Source: Cyanophora paradoxa CCMP329
Taxonomy: Eukaryota; Plantae; Glaucophyta
NCBI GenBank assembly: GCA_004431415.1
Contig: QPMI01000318.1
Span: 21,503 to 85,502 of the forward strand
Direction of reading: 5' to 3'
DNA length: 64,000 bases
Under the pieces are notes generated by a model. That model did not search any database and was not told where the DNA came from. It worked only from the letters and a program-made list of their open reading frames with translations. A program made the position numbers and the translations under genes. Positions 36,770 to 48,222 of the stretch are shown in pieces. Position 1 is the first letter of the stretch. Every line of letters begins with the position of its first letter.

Positions 36770-39282
36770 ATGGGCAGCCTCGGCAGCGAAGAAACCGTGG
36801 ATCTGCTCGTGATCGGGAGCGGACCGACTGGTCTGGGGGCCGCCTACCGTATCCATGAGCACGTCTCGACGTCGGCGCGGAACCTGTCGTGGCTGCTCGT
36901 GGACGCGGTGCGCCGGCGCGTACGCAATCAGCGTGGCTTTGCTTGGGTTGTTGAGGCCGTCGGAGCCCGGCGCCTAGCGAACCGCTCGGGGCGACCCGCT
37001 CTCCCGAGGAACAGCCTCTCACTCGTGGGCGCGGCGCAGAGCCCGACACCCGGCGGGCTTGCGTGCTCAGTCACTGACGAGAAGGGCTTTGTTTGGGACA
37101 TGGGGGGCCATGTCATTTTCTCGCACTATGAATACTTCGACAAGCTGCTCGACGCTCTCACGGTTCGCCGCGCGCGCCCCTCGCGCCTCGCGGTCGCGCT
37201 GACTCTCCTTCGCAGCCGCACTGGAATAATCACGTCCGGGAGTCCTGGGTCTGGATGCGCGACCGCTTCATCCCTTATCCGCTGCAGATATCCTCGGGCC
37301 GCCGCTGCGCCGCTGCTCCTCCGCCTCTTCGCGCCTTTGTGCCGTCCTTGATCTCCGCCATCGCACAATAATGTGTGGCAGCTGCCGGAGGAGGACCTGA
37401 TCCCGTGCCTCGAAGGGCTCGTGAAGGCTCGCCCCGGCCCGCGCCGTACCGCGCCGCGCCTCGCGCCCGACGCGGCGCGCTCGAGCGCAGGCGGCGACGC
37501 AGCAGAGCGGGAGCCAGGGGCCGTGCAAGTCGTTCGCCGAGTGGATCCTGCGCAGCTTCGGGCAGGGCCTCGCCGACGCCTTCATGACCCCGTACAACTT
37601 CAAGGCGCGCCGGCGCCCGCCCGGTCGGGCGGCGGGGGCGCGACGCGGGGCCAGGTGTGGGCGTACCCGACGACGGAGATGACGTCGCACTGGGTGGGCG
37701 AGCGCGTCGCCACGGTCGACCTCGCCCGCATCCTCCGCAACATGGTCCTCAAGAAGGCCCGCCCCGCCCCGCCCCGCGCCCCGCCCCGCGCCGCGCCCGG
37801 GCGGGGGCGATGGGCGGGGCAGAGCGACGCGGGGTGGGGCCCGAACGCGACCTTCCGCTTCCCGAAGTACGGCGGCACGGGCGCCATCTGGCAGGTGCCC
37901 CCGCCCCGCCGCAGCCGCCCGGCCCGGCCCGCCTGCCCGCGCCCCTCAGCGCCCCGCAGGCCCTCTTCGACCGCCTCCCGCGCGAGCGTTGCCGCATGGG
38001 CTCCGCCGTTGTCAAGGTCGAGGGGCGGGGCGGGGCGCCGGGGCCGGGCCGGGGCCGAGGCGCGGCGCAGGTGGACCCCCGCGAGCGGAGGGTCGAGCTC
38101 GCCGACGGGACGAGCATCCGGTGCGCGGCGCTGGCGCGCAGTGCGGGTGGCGGGGCGGGGCCGAGGGGCGGGGCGGGGGGCGGGGCGGCAGGTACGGGAA
38201 GCTGATCTCGACGATGCCGCTGGACGAGCTGCTGCGGCGGCTCGTTGGCTTCCCCGAGCTCGCCCTCCACGCCCCCCGCCTGAAGTACTCCTCTTCCCAC
38301 ATCGTCGGCGTCGGCGTCGACGGCAAGGCCCGCCCCGCCCCGCCCCGCACATCCCCGCCCCGCCCCGCCCGCGCTGAGGGGCGGGGCCGGGGCAGACGCC
38401 GGCGCACCTCGCGACGAAGTGCTGGCTCTACTTCCCCGAGCCTGACGTGCCCTTCTACCGCGTCACCGTCTTCTCCAACTACTCCCAGCACCACGCGCGC
38501 CCGCTCCGCCCCCCCGCCCGCCCCCGGGGCCCCGGCGGCGAGCGTGGCGGGAGCAGGTGCCGCGGCCCGGGGAGATGTACTCGCTTATGGCAGAGGTGAG
38601 CGAGAGCGCGGTCAAGCCCGTCGACGCCGCCACCGTCCTCGAGGAGACCATCCGCGGCCTCGTGAAGGCCCGTCCCCGCCCCCCCCCGCCGCGCCCCGCC
38701 GCGCCCCGCCGAGCCGGCCGCAGGTGAAGCTGCTGCCGGCGGACGCGAAGATCGTCTCCCGCTTCCACCGGCGCCTCGAGCACGGCTACCCCACGCCCTT
38801 CATCGGGCGCGACGAGGCGCGCCCCGGCCCCGCGCCCCGCCCCGGCCCCCGGGGCGACGGCGGCGCAGATCTTCGATGCGGTGGACCCCGTCCTCCGCGA
38901 GCACGGCATCTACAGGCGCCCCCGGCCCCGCCGCCCTCGCCCGCCCCGCCCCCCTCACCCCCCGCAGCCGCGGCCGCTTCGGGGCCTGGAAGTACGAGGT
39001 GGCCAACCAGGACCACTCCATGATGCAGGCGCGCCGTGCCGCCACGCTCCGCCTCGCCTCGCCTGGTCCGGGGGCGAGCCTGCCAGCAGGGCGTCGAGTG
39101 TGTCGACCACCTCCTCTTCGGGGCGGAGGAGATGACCCTGCGGTGCGCCGCCCCGGCCGCCCGGCGTTCCCGAGCTCGCCGCGAGCGGCGCCCTCCGCAG
39201 GCACGCCAACCTCGTCAACGCCAGGAAGGACGCCTCCCGCAAGCTGCTCCTCCAGGCCGCCCCCGCCCCCAAGGCCTCCTAG
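36770..39282 (+). CDS. UGM: Eukaryotic-type UDP-galactopyranose mutase, 17 exons
   Basis: [101 protein letters not shown]. Confidence 0.93.
37288..37366 (+). other. U12-type (minor spliceosome) AT-AC intron in UGM
   Basis: Donor ATATCCT, branch site TCCTTGAT at 37345-37352, acceptor CAC. Removing these 79 nt joins YPLQ|NNVW in frame and restores the conserved UGM motif. Confidence 0.92.
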
Positions 39283-39995
39283 ATGCCGCCCCCGCCCCGC
39301 CCCTGCACCTCGAGCTGCGCGCACGCGCGCGCGCGCGCTTAGGATCAGGCCCAGGATTTGACGCCGCGGAGCTGTACAATACAATGCCCCTTGGAAACTG
39401 TAGCTTCCATGCCCATATGTACAGCTGCACGAGCAGCGCGGAATTCGAAGCCAGCTGCGGGCCCGGGGCGCGAGCGCTGAAGCTGGTCTTGGTCTAAAGC
39501 TAGGCCGTGTGCACGTGCGACGGTGCTATTGTCGAGCTGTTTCGGGGGCGGCAGCTGCAGCTGCAGTTCCGGCAGTAACGTCAGATACGCAGTTACGGCA
39601 GCAGATTCGCCCCGTCGCCGCAACAGCTACGTATACACGTGGCCGAGGCGCATCGCTAGCCAAGAAACATTCGAAACCACTGTCGCACCCCGCGGCTGGC
39701 TGGCTTTAACACGCTGAGCCAGCTGCGGGCGCGAGCGCAGTAGTTGCGCTGACTTGCGGCAGTTACCGTCAGATTGGGGCGCCGCGCCCCGCAATAGCTA
39801 CGGGTGGCCGAGGCGCAGCTAAGGACCGTCCGAAACCACCCCGGCCGGTTTCGACAGGTTCTTGTCTGAGTCTTCTCGAACTTCCAGGGGGGGCGAGTCC
39901 CTTCCGGGTACGGGACGAAATAGGTGTTAGTGCAGAGGGTTTCTCGCAGCGAGCTCGAGCCCCGTTCGTCGTAGCCGAGCAGCCACTAAACAGCC

Positions 39996-40909
39996 ATGTC
40001 GTGCCTTCCTCGTGAGCCGACCCAGGCCGTCGACGTCGTTGAGACGTACGACCCGAAGAAGGTCTACTTCTACAAGCACGATGAGCCGTGCCCGGCTCCC
40101 CAGGGCCCCAACGAGAAGTGCTACGTTGAGGTCGCCTGCGCGCCGGCGAAGCCTGGTTCGTCTGGATCGTAGATAGTTTGTACCGTAGATTCGGGTGGGC
40201 ACGGCGGTTACTCTGGACTGGACTATCGACCCAGCCGGCAGCCATGCTGGAGGTGTTATAGGCCATCCGTTAGTGGGACGAGAGGTTTAGGAAGCAGCCC
40301 CATCGTCCGTAGAGGGGAATCTATGCCCGATTTTGGCGAGCGCGTTCGACCCGGCTAATCGGGGTTCCGCGCAGTGATCACTACCCTCTCGGCTGAGTAC
40401 AGCACCACCAAGGCCAGCTGCGGCTGCGTCGAGGGCCCGGAGGACTGCGCTGGCTACTATGACATGAACACCGACACCTGCATCGAGGTAACGGCAGATG
40501 TACTTTTTCATGCGTTCTCTTCCCATGCTAAGGCGCATCTCAGAACAACTTCAACACCCCGGAGGTTGATATCAAGTACAAGTGCGTTGATGCGCCGAAG
40601 GCGGATTGCCCGGAGTTCGATTGCGACAAGGCGATCAACGACTGGATGACCATCTTCCCGTCGTGCGCTGGCGACGTGAAGATGCAGAAGACTGAGGCCT
40701 GCAAGCCTCAGCTCGACAACGACAACCAGGTCGTTGAGATCGATGCGGACCTCCAGGTCGAGAGCACCGCTGACGTCGCGTACACCGACGACGTACGCTT
40801 TTTTCCGTTTTTGAAATACAGTGTTCTCAACTCACCTGTTTCACAGTCGTCCGACGACCTCGTCGGCGCCATCTGCGATTCGAGCGCGGAGGAGTTCGCT
40901 CTCCTTTAA
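39996..40909 (+). CDS. Small acidic Cys-rich hypothetical protein, about 5 exons
   Basis: Spliced frame MSCLPREPTQAVDVVETYDPKKVYFYKHDEPCP...CGCVEGPEDCAGYY...DCPEFDCDK...AICDSSAEEFALL*; GT-AG introns; strong codon bias. Confidence 0.7.
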
Positions 40910-41663
40910 ACTATTACTGGGCCCGAGGCAATAGGCCTCAGCAGCCTCCAGCGGCGGTAGCCAGGCTGTCAGCTTCCTTCTTCAGCTTGGGAGGTCGGCA
41001 GCCCGGCGCGAGGATGTACCAGACGGAACCACTGTCCAGGCAGCGTGACGGGAGCAGTTAGGCTTCCACCGTCTTCCCTTTGGCGATTCTCTGTAATATG
41101 ATAATGAGGTCTTTCAACCTGTCAATCGGGTCTCGCCTGAGGTAGTGTAAAGCATGTTTGAATGAACGAGCGATCGTTCTTTCTGGTCTCTCCTGCACTT
41201 TCGGAAGCTGGCTTTGAGTTGTTTTGGAAGGGATGGGCGCGGTTTGAGCTTGGGTCTAGCCGTGGACTCTTCTTTAAACTTTTCAAAACACTGCGAAGGC
41301 CTCAGGGCCTGCAGCTTTTTTCATACTGCGGACTGGCCATGCGCATGCTGTCAGACGGTGTCTCCAGATCTTGAGAAGCACACTGCGTTGCACTGTGCAC
41401 GGCGCCGACCGTCGCCGACGTCGCCGAGCCTTCTTCGAGCGTTCAGCGCCACCTGCAGCTGGGTGTGTGTGCATGGGGTTTTTTTTTGGGGGGGGGGCGG
41501 GATCGGAGGGAAGGTGGCAAGTTCGTCAGAATTGAGCGCTCGAGTCCTTGTATAAGCTTGGCCCGCAGCAGCTGAGACTCGAGCTCGCACACTCAGTCGA
41601 ACCGGAAGCCAGCGTGTTGATCAGCTCAGTAGCCCCGGGAGCGCACGCTAAAGCCTGCGTACT

Positions 41664-42347
41664 ATGATCGTCCGGTGGCTCCAGCGCGGCCCGCTGCGGT
41701 TGCACGCCGCAGTTGCTTCGTCGGCTCTCAGATCACCTTCAGCCTTCCTACGTCTCCCGCCGACGCCTGCGCGGCTCGACGCGCACACTGCCTTTCGCCG
41801 ATGCCTCGCGTCCTCGGCCGCTGCAGCGCCTGTGAGCGAGCCCGGGGCACAGGAAGACATCGTTTTCACTGACAAATGCGTCAAGGTGCTGCCAATCCGC
41901 GCCGCTCCGCTGGGAACCTCTCATTTTCAAGGCAGCGCGTGAAGGCACTCGCCGCGAAGGGGGGCAAGCCGGCCATTCTGCGCGTAGCTGTATCGGGAGG
42001 TGGTTGCTCTGGGTTCCAATACTCGTTCGCTCTCGACGAGAATGTCGAGGCCGGAGACCGGTGCGTCTCCGATCCGTCGTTCTTCGCGCCGCAGCTGAGC
42101 ACTGGCTTTGCTGCGCAGGATATTCGAGAGAGATGGAGTTAAGATCGTAGTCGACGATGTGTCGCTTGGGTTCCTGCGGGGGAGCGTGCTTGACTTCGAG
42201 GAGGAGATGATCAGGTGCCGCCGCTGCGCAGCCGCCTTGCACGCGTCGCCACTGCTGAGAAGCATCCGCAGATCTGCTTTCAAGATAGCGTCGAATCCAA
42301 ATGCAGCAGCTTCATGTGGGTGCGGGAGCTCGTTCACCGCGAAGTAG
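41664..42347 (+). CDS. ISCA2: Mitochondrial A-type Fe-S carrier IscA2
   Basis: Arg/Ala/Ser-rich presequence; [39 protein letters not shown]. Confidence 0.92.
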
Positions 42348-42913
42348 CGAGTGGGCATATGCATCTCACTCGCCTTACTTAGCCGGCCAGAGCTACAGTA
42401 GACTCGTGTGTGGATATGAACAGGTAGACAGCCATGAACAGTTACCAAGTTAAAATCTGCATCTTGCGCGGGGCGGCGGGCCGAGGCAAGGCGGGCGTCG
42501 GCCGCAGCGGAGCGCAGCTGCAGGGCGGATCGAGCGCGCACGCAGGAGGCCGCCGCCCACGAGGGCGCCGCCCAGCGCGTGCCAGTTGCAGCATACGCGC
42601 ACGGCGCTCAGCGCTAGCGCGCACCAGCTGCAGCATGCCCACGGAGAGCGCGCGCACGAGAGCGGCGCATGTACAAGTCTGACGAGGCGTCGATCCAACA
42701 GCCGCTGAGCGCCGTGAAACTGATCTTGTTGAACCTTTGCATCGCCAGAGAGCTAGCTGCTGAGCCTACGCAAGGCGTACGTTCCTAAGAGAATAGTGTG
42801 TAACTGCATGGAGACAAACTGCTCTTGCGGCGAGACGCTCCCGTATCTGTGACCGGCCTGGGTCACCGCGCTCCGCCGCGCTACCGCCGCTATGCCGGGG
42901 TTTATAAAAGATG

Positions 42914-43209
42914 TCATCTCCGCTTCGTTGTCTGTGCCCAGAAGTCTCCGGCTTGCCAGATCTGTGGGCCCGTGAGGAAGACGTGCACAAATGCGCGTCA
43001 TGGAGCTGGAGGAGAGCGGAGATCCGCGGGCTGGACGAACTGACATAGCTAGCGTCGCGCGCTTCATACGCACGCACCTTGCGGTTTCGAACGACTGCGA
43101 TGCCGAGCGGGACGACGACGCCAACAACGAGGATGACCGCGCCGATGATGTACCGCAGCAAATCAGGGGGTTCAACACGCATCAAGACCTGCAGCGCTCG
43201 CTCAGACAT
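42914..43209 (-). CDS. Small single-pass membrane protein (about 59 aa)
   Basis: MSERALQVLMRVEPPDLLRYIIGAVILVVGVVVPLGIAVVRNRK followed by a GTGCG donor; likely second exon IWQAGDFWAQTTKRR* (3' exon uncertain). Confidence 0.55.
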
Positions 43210-43622
43210 TCGTTTGTTTGCTCGCTCGAAGATGGGCGAACCATCGAAGGACGCCTCAGGAACTGGCGCGTCGGTGGCCCAGATGGGTATTTATGCCTGA
43301 TGTGGCAGATATAACCGTATACTAACAGTTTCCGCGGCGCCGCACGACAGTGACGACCAGCTCGCGAGTGTACCCCATCACCAGTGGCACTGCGGGACTC
43401 AGCCGCCAGCACTGCGGCAGAGTTGCGGCACTAGCACGGCTGCGGCAGCTTAGCGGCTGGAAGCCAAGCTGAGCGGCAGCTACTGGCGCTCCCGGGCAAT
43501 GGGAGCCTCGGAGAACGCTTTAGCTCAATTGCCGGCTTCGGCGGCGAGGGGCGTACGTGTCGAGGAAGAAGAAAGCTGGGGGAGCGCGGCGGGGCTAAAA
43601 AGCAAGGGCTATAGATACAGGC

Positions 43623-45742
43623 CTATGGTGCGGCCGACTGGGAGGACTGGCGCCTGCCGGGGGTGCGGAGGCGCTCGATCTGAGAGGGGGCGGGTACGTT
43701 GACGCGGGAGATGGCGCCCGCCGGCGTCAGCAGGAAGGCAGTCGCCGTGTCGGCCGCGTCGCTCGCCCCGCCGGCTGCCGAGAGCCTGAAGCCGCCCGGA
43801 AGGAGCCTCGAGCCCTCCGGCACCGTGCACGCCGCCGTGCGCTTCCCCTGCGCCGAGCCATAAGGGGCGGGGGGAGCGGGCCCGGGCGGGGCGGCGCACG
43901 AAGGGCACGTCCCAGACCTCCACTGCGAGCGGCGCAGGGGCGTGCGTGAGCGCCGGGCGGGGAGGGCGCCCGGGGCGACGCACCGAGGCCGCGGCGCGGG
44001 GCGTGGATGACGAGGTGGAGGGGGCGGGGCGCCGCGCTCTGGCCCTCCGGGGCGGCGGCGAGGGGCCGCGAGGTGGGCGACGCGCGCGCCGGGGAGGCGA
44101 ACGATGCGCGAGAGCCAGCGCCCTCGGCCGCCGAAGGGCCGTCGATGAACGCCACCTGCGCGTCCCGGTACCCCTGCGGGGCGGTCGGGGCGGGCAGGGG
44201 CGGGGGGCGGGGCGCGGGACTGGAGACCTTGAAGACGCGGAGGAGGAGGAAGGTTGGGGCGTCGGCGAGGAGGACCCGCCCGAGGGAGTCGGCGCAGGCG
44301 AGCAGCCGCCCGAGCGCGTCGCCGCCACGCGCAGCCCGCCCCGCGGCGGGTCGTGCAGCGCCTCCTGCGCCGCCACGCTCGCCGGCGCCTCCAGGTCGGG
44401 GCCCGCGCCTCCGCCCGCGCCGCCTCTGCGCCCCGCACTCGGCGCCGGCCGGCGGCGTGGGTGGCGGGCGCGGCGCACCGGCGGGGCCTGGGCGGGGGCG
44501 CTCTTCCAGAAGCTCTGCGGGGGCGGGGCTCGGGCGGGGCGGGGCGGGGCGGGCGGGGCGGGCGGGGCGGGCCTTGGCCATGGAGAAGACGGTGGAGGTG
44601 GCGAGGCTGGTGACGGCGCCGATGACGGAGGAGGCGAGGGCGACGGCGCCGACGCGCCCCTTCTCCGCCTCCCCCGCCACGTGCCGCGACACGAACGGCT
44701 CCCCCGCCGCCGCCACGAAGCTCACCCGCCCCCGCCCCGCCTCCAGGCCCGCCCCGGGGCCCACCTCTGCCGCCCCCTCGGTGGCCAGCGCCAGGGGCGG
44801 GGGCAGGCGCGGGCGGGCACCGGCGCAGGCGGCGTCGCGGAAGCCGGAGAGACCAGCGAGCTCGTGCTTTGTGCAGGGGAGGGGCATCGAGGGCCCCGCC
44901 TCTGAGATCCCCATTGAGACCTGCCCGCCCGCCGCCCGCTCGCCGCCGGCCCCCGGCGCGGGCGCCGGCGCGGGGCGGCACCTGCACGAGCCGCGCTTGC
45001 AGCTCTGAGAAGACGTTGTACGAGTCGAGGCGGACCATCACGCCGCCCTCCTGCACGAGCACCACCTCCGACCTGCGCCCCCCGTCGGCCCGCCGCGAGC
45101 GCCCCGCCGGCGTGCGCGGCGCACGAGGGCAGCGCGAGTGTGCCGGCGGCTCGGAACTTGATCTCAAGGACGGAGCTCCTGTGAAAGACCTGCGTGGTGA
45201 GCAGCTGCCCCTCCTGCGCCCGGCGTTCGTCGGAATGGCGGATAGAGCAGAGCTCGAGGCGGAGCATCCGCGGGCGCGCGCACCAGTGTGAAGAAGGAGA
45301 GCGTGCCCTTCGAAGAGCCCGTCACGGCCACGCTCTTCTCGCGGCCGCCATCCGCCTCGCCCGCAACGCCGACGAGGGTAAGAATCGTCGCCGCCGTCAC
45401 GGTCTCACTGCACGATGCTTAGCTAAGCAATGCGAGCCGTCCGAGGGGGCAGGCCACGCACCCGTCGGGGGCGGCGGCTGACAACAATCCTGTGATGGAA
45501 CTCTTGCCGGCGTTGCGCGCGGAGCGCGCGTCCCTGAAGCGGAGCAGCACGCCGCGCCCACCGAGACAGATGCAGGCCCTCTTGCCATCCTGCGAGAGCC
45601 CGCAAACGAGCCCCGCGGCTGCGCCGATGGATGCTGGCGCGTCGTCTCCTGGCTTGAGGCGCTGCAGCACGTCGCCATCGATCAGGCCGCATGCTGTGAG
45701 TGGCGAGAGTGTCAGCCGGGGCGCTTCGGCTGCTCCCGCCAT
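43623..45742 (-). CDS. Rab3GAP non-catalytic subunit (RAB3GAP2) N-terminal-domain protein
   Basis: DSLGRVLLAD...LRVFKGYRDAQVAF and LVIHAPRRGLVEVW match the RAB3GAP2_N signature. Confidence 0.85.
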
Positions 45743-45844
45743 CGTCTTCGGCTGATGCCGCTGCTGCTTGTGGATCGGGGTCCGCGCAACGCGGCGACGC
45801 TCACAGCGCACTGCTGTGCCACCTGAGGCGCCTGCGTTCTGTGG

Positions 45845-45890
45845 CGGACAGCCGCGGACAGCTGCGGACAGCAGCGGACAGCTGCGGACT
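45845..45890. repeat. Short tandem repeat (GCGGACAGC-type units) between divergent genes
   Basis: GGCGGACAGCCGCGGACAGCTGCGGACAGCAGCGGACAGCTGCGGAC between the RAB3GAP2-like and WD40 start codons. Confidence 0.75.
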
Positions 45891-45955
45891 CAGTGGCGGG
45901 GTACGGTCGACGGAAGCACCGCGCATTGGCTAACGCCGGCGCGGCGAGTACTTCG

Positions 45956-47944
45956 ATGCAGGCTCTTCGTTTTGAGGGCGAGCTGGACGCGCACGCCTTG
46001 TCGGAGATCGCTCAGGTGCGCCGACGCCGTGCGCGGCGATCTGCGACGCGCATTCGATTTGGCGCTGCGCAGGTACTCCGACGAGCAGTAAACGTGCGAC
46101 GCGCCGACGCGTCTTCCTCTGCACTCGATCGTGGTTTCGCGGGAGCGCCCACAGCGCCACCAACGCCGGCGCACGCTCCACCGCAGCACACGCATGCAAT
46201 TCCAACGCAGCCGCCGCCGCAAACGGCCCTCGAACAGCACGCACAAGCGGCGGCGCAACCAGCCCAAGTGCAGCAGCATCCGTCGTCTGCCGCCCTCAAG
46301 CAGCACACGCAGTACACGCAAGCGGCGGCGCATGCAGCACCGTCTAGTCAGCCGCACAGCGACGCACTTCAACGACATGCACAAGCACCAGCGCAAGCGA
46401 AGTTTTCGGCGCAGCATACGCAGCCGCCAGCTCTAGCTGCGAGTGCCTATGTGGATGCATCCGCACCAGCGCCGCCCCGGCCGGCAGGTCGCAGGCGATG
46501 GATACACACGGCCACGGATAGCGCAGATCACGCTGGCGAGGGCGTGCTGCGCGTGATCCACGTCCCGGCTGTCGCTGGAGTGCCCGCGGCAGACAGCGGG
46601 TTTCTCGTTTCAGGTACGATTCGAGTCGCATACGACTTCTCATCCCTCTCTAAGCAGCAACTTCAGCATCAAAAACATGGCTGAACCTCTGGATGCGGGA
46701 GGAGGACTCTGGATATCTCATCAACGTGCACAGGTCTGCGGTCTCTGAAAAGCGGCTGCGCCCGACCTCGAGCCTCGGTGTGACCGTCGGGCCTGCCCGG
46801 CAGCACAAACGTGGACGTGCACATGAGCAGCGTCGAGTACCTCGCTCCCCGCCTGCTCCTCGCCTCGGCGCAGTCGCGGGCAGACAAGAAGAACGTGCGC
46901 CCGCGGCCGGATCCGCCGGCTGGGGCCCCGCGGCTAGAGCTCGCCAAATTAAAGTGCTAACGGCGGGCGCGACGCCGGCGGCAGCTGCTGTGCACGTACG
47001 CGATGGACGGGAGCTCGCTTTTCCGCCTCCAGATGAAGTTCGAGTGCCCGAAGCCCGTCGGGGCGCTCCTCTCGCTGCAGCCGTGCGGCGGGCCCCTCGC
47101 GAGCTCCTTCGCCGCTGCCTCCGCCGGCTCCGTATACGTCTTCGGTCCGTTCGGGTCCCCTCTCCGCTGGGCCGGCGCCGCGCCGGGCGAGGCAGCCGGG
47201 CGGGGGGCGGGGCGCGGGGCCGAGGGGCGGGGCGGGGCGCAGACGTCGGGGCGCTGCACCAGGCGAAAGCGAACATCGCGGCGCACGCGGAGGCGGTCTC
47301 GTGCATGCAGCGCGTGCACGGACGCACCCCGATGTTCGCCACGGGGGCCAACGACGGGGCCCTCCACCTCTGGTCCCTCCAGTCCCCGCCCAGGTGACCG
47401 CCGCCCCCGCCAGCAGCAGCCGGCCCCCGCGCCCCGGGCAACGCCGGCGGCGCAGGGAGCCGGTGCTGCGGGTGCAGGCCCACGCGAAGCGCGTCACCTC
47501 CATCGCCTCCCTCGACGAGAACCTCCTGGTACCGCCCGCCCCCCGCGCCACCCGCCCCGATCGCCGGCCCGCCTGACCGCCCCCGAGCTCACGGGGAGCG
47601 TGGACACGACGGTGCGGGTGTGGGACCTGCGGCGGGCGGGGGCGCCGCTGGCGGCCCTCCCGCTGGACGGGCGCTGCGTGCTGAAGCTCGCCCACGGGGC
47701 CGGCCTCGTCGCCGTCAGCACTCTCAAGCACGCCCTCTACACCCTCCCCGCCGCCGCCCTCGCCGCCCCGCCCCCGGCCGGCGTGCCGGCGCCCGAGCCG
47801 CTGCTGGAGGCGGTGCCGGCGGAGGAGACGAGGCGCATCTGGCCGGACATCGCCATCGCCGAGGGCCGGGGCGCCGTCTACGCCGGCAGCATGGCCGGCC
47901 ACATCGACGCCTTCCACCCCGGCATCGCCCCCAAGCATTACTGA
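45956..47944 (+). CDS. WD40-repeat protein with a Gln/His/Ala-rich N-terminal region
   Basis: AHAEAVSCM...FATGANDGALHLWS, AHAKRVTSIASLDENLLLTGSVDTTVRVWDLR, VYAGSMAGHIDAF; TGA at 47944. Confidence 0.8.
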
Positions 47945-48222
47945 GCCGCCCAGATCTAGAGGCCGCCGCGCCCTCCCCCCGCCCCCGCCCCCGGTCCCCA
48001 TGCACGGCGGCTTTGCGACGCAACTCCTGGCGCCTCGTGCTGTGCCGTCGCTCTCGTGCGGGGCGAAACCCTGCGATACTGCCAGTGGGGAGCCCGGGGA
48101 GAGCGGCGGCGGCGGCGCTCGGCTTCACGGTGCCCGCAATTGTTGCATTGATGTAGAGCTCAGACAAGGTCAAGCCCGGGGGAGCTGAGCCGGTCCCGGG
48201 GGGCTAGGCCCTTCGGGAGAAG

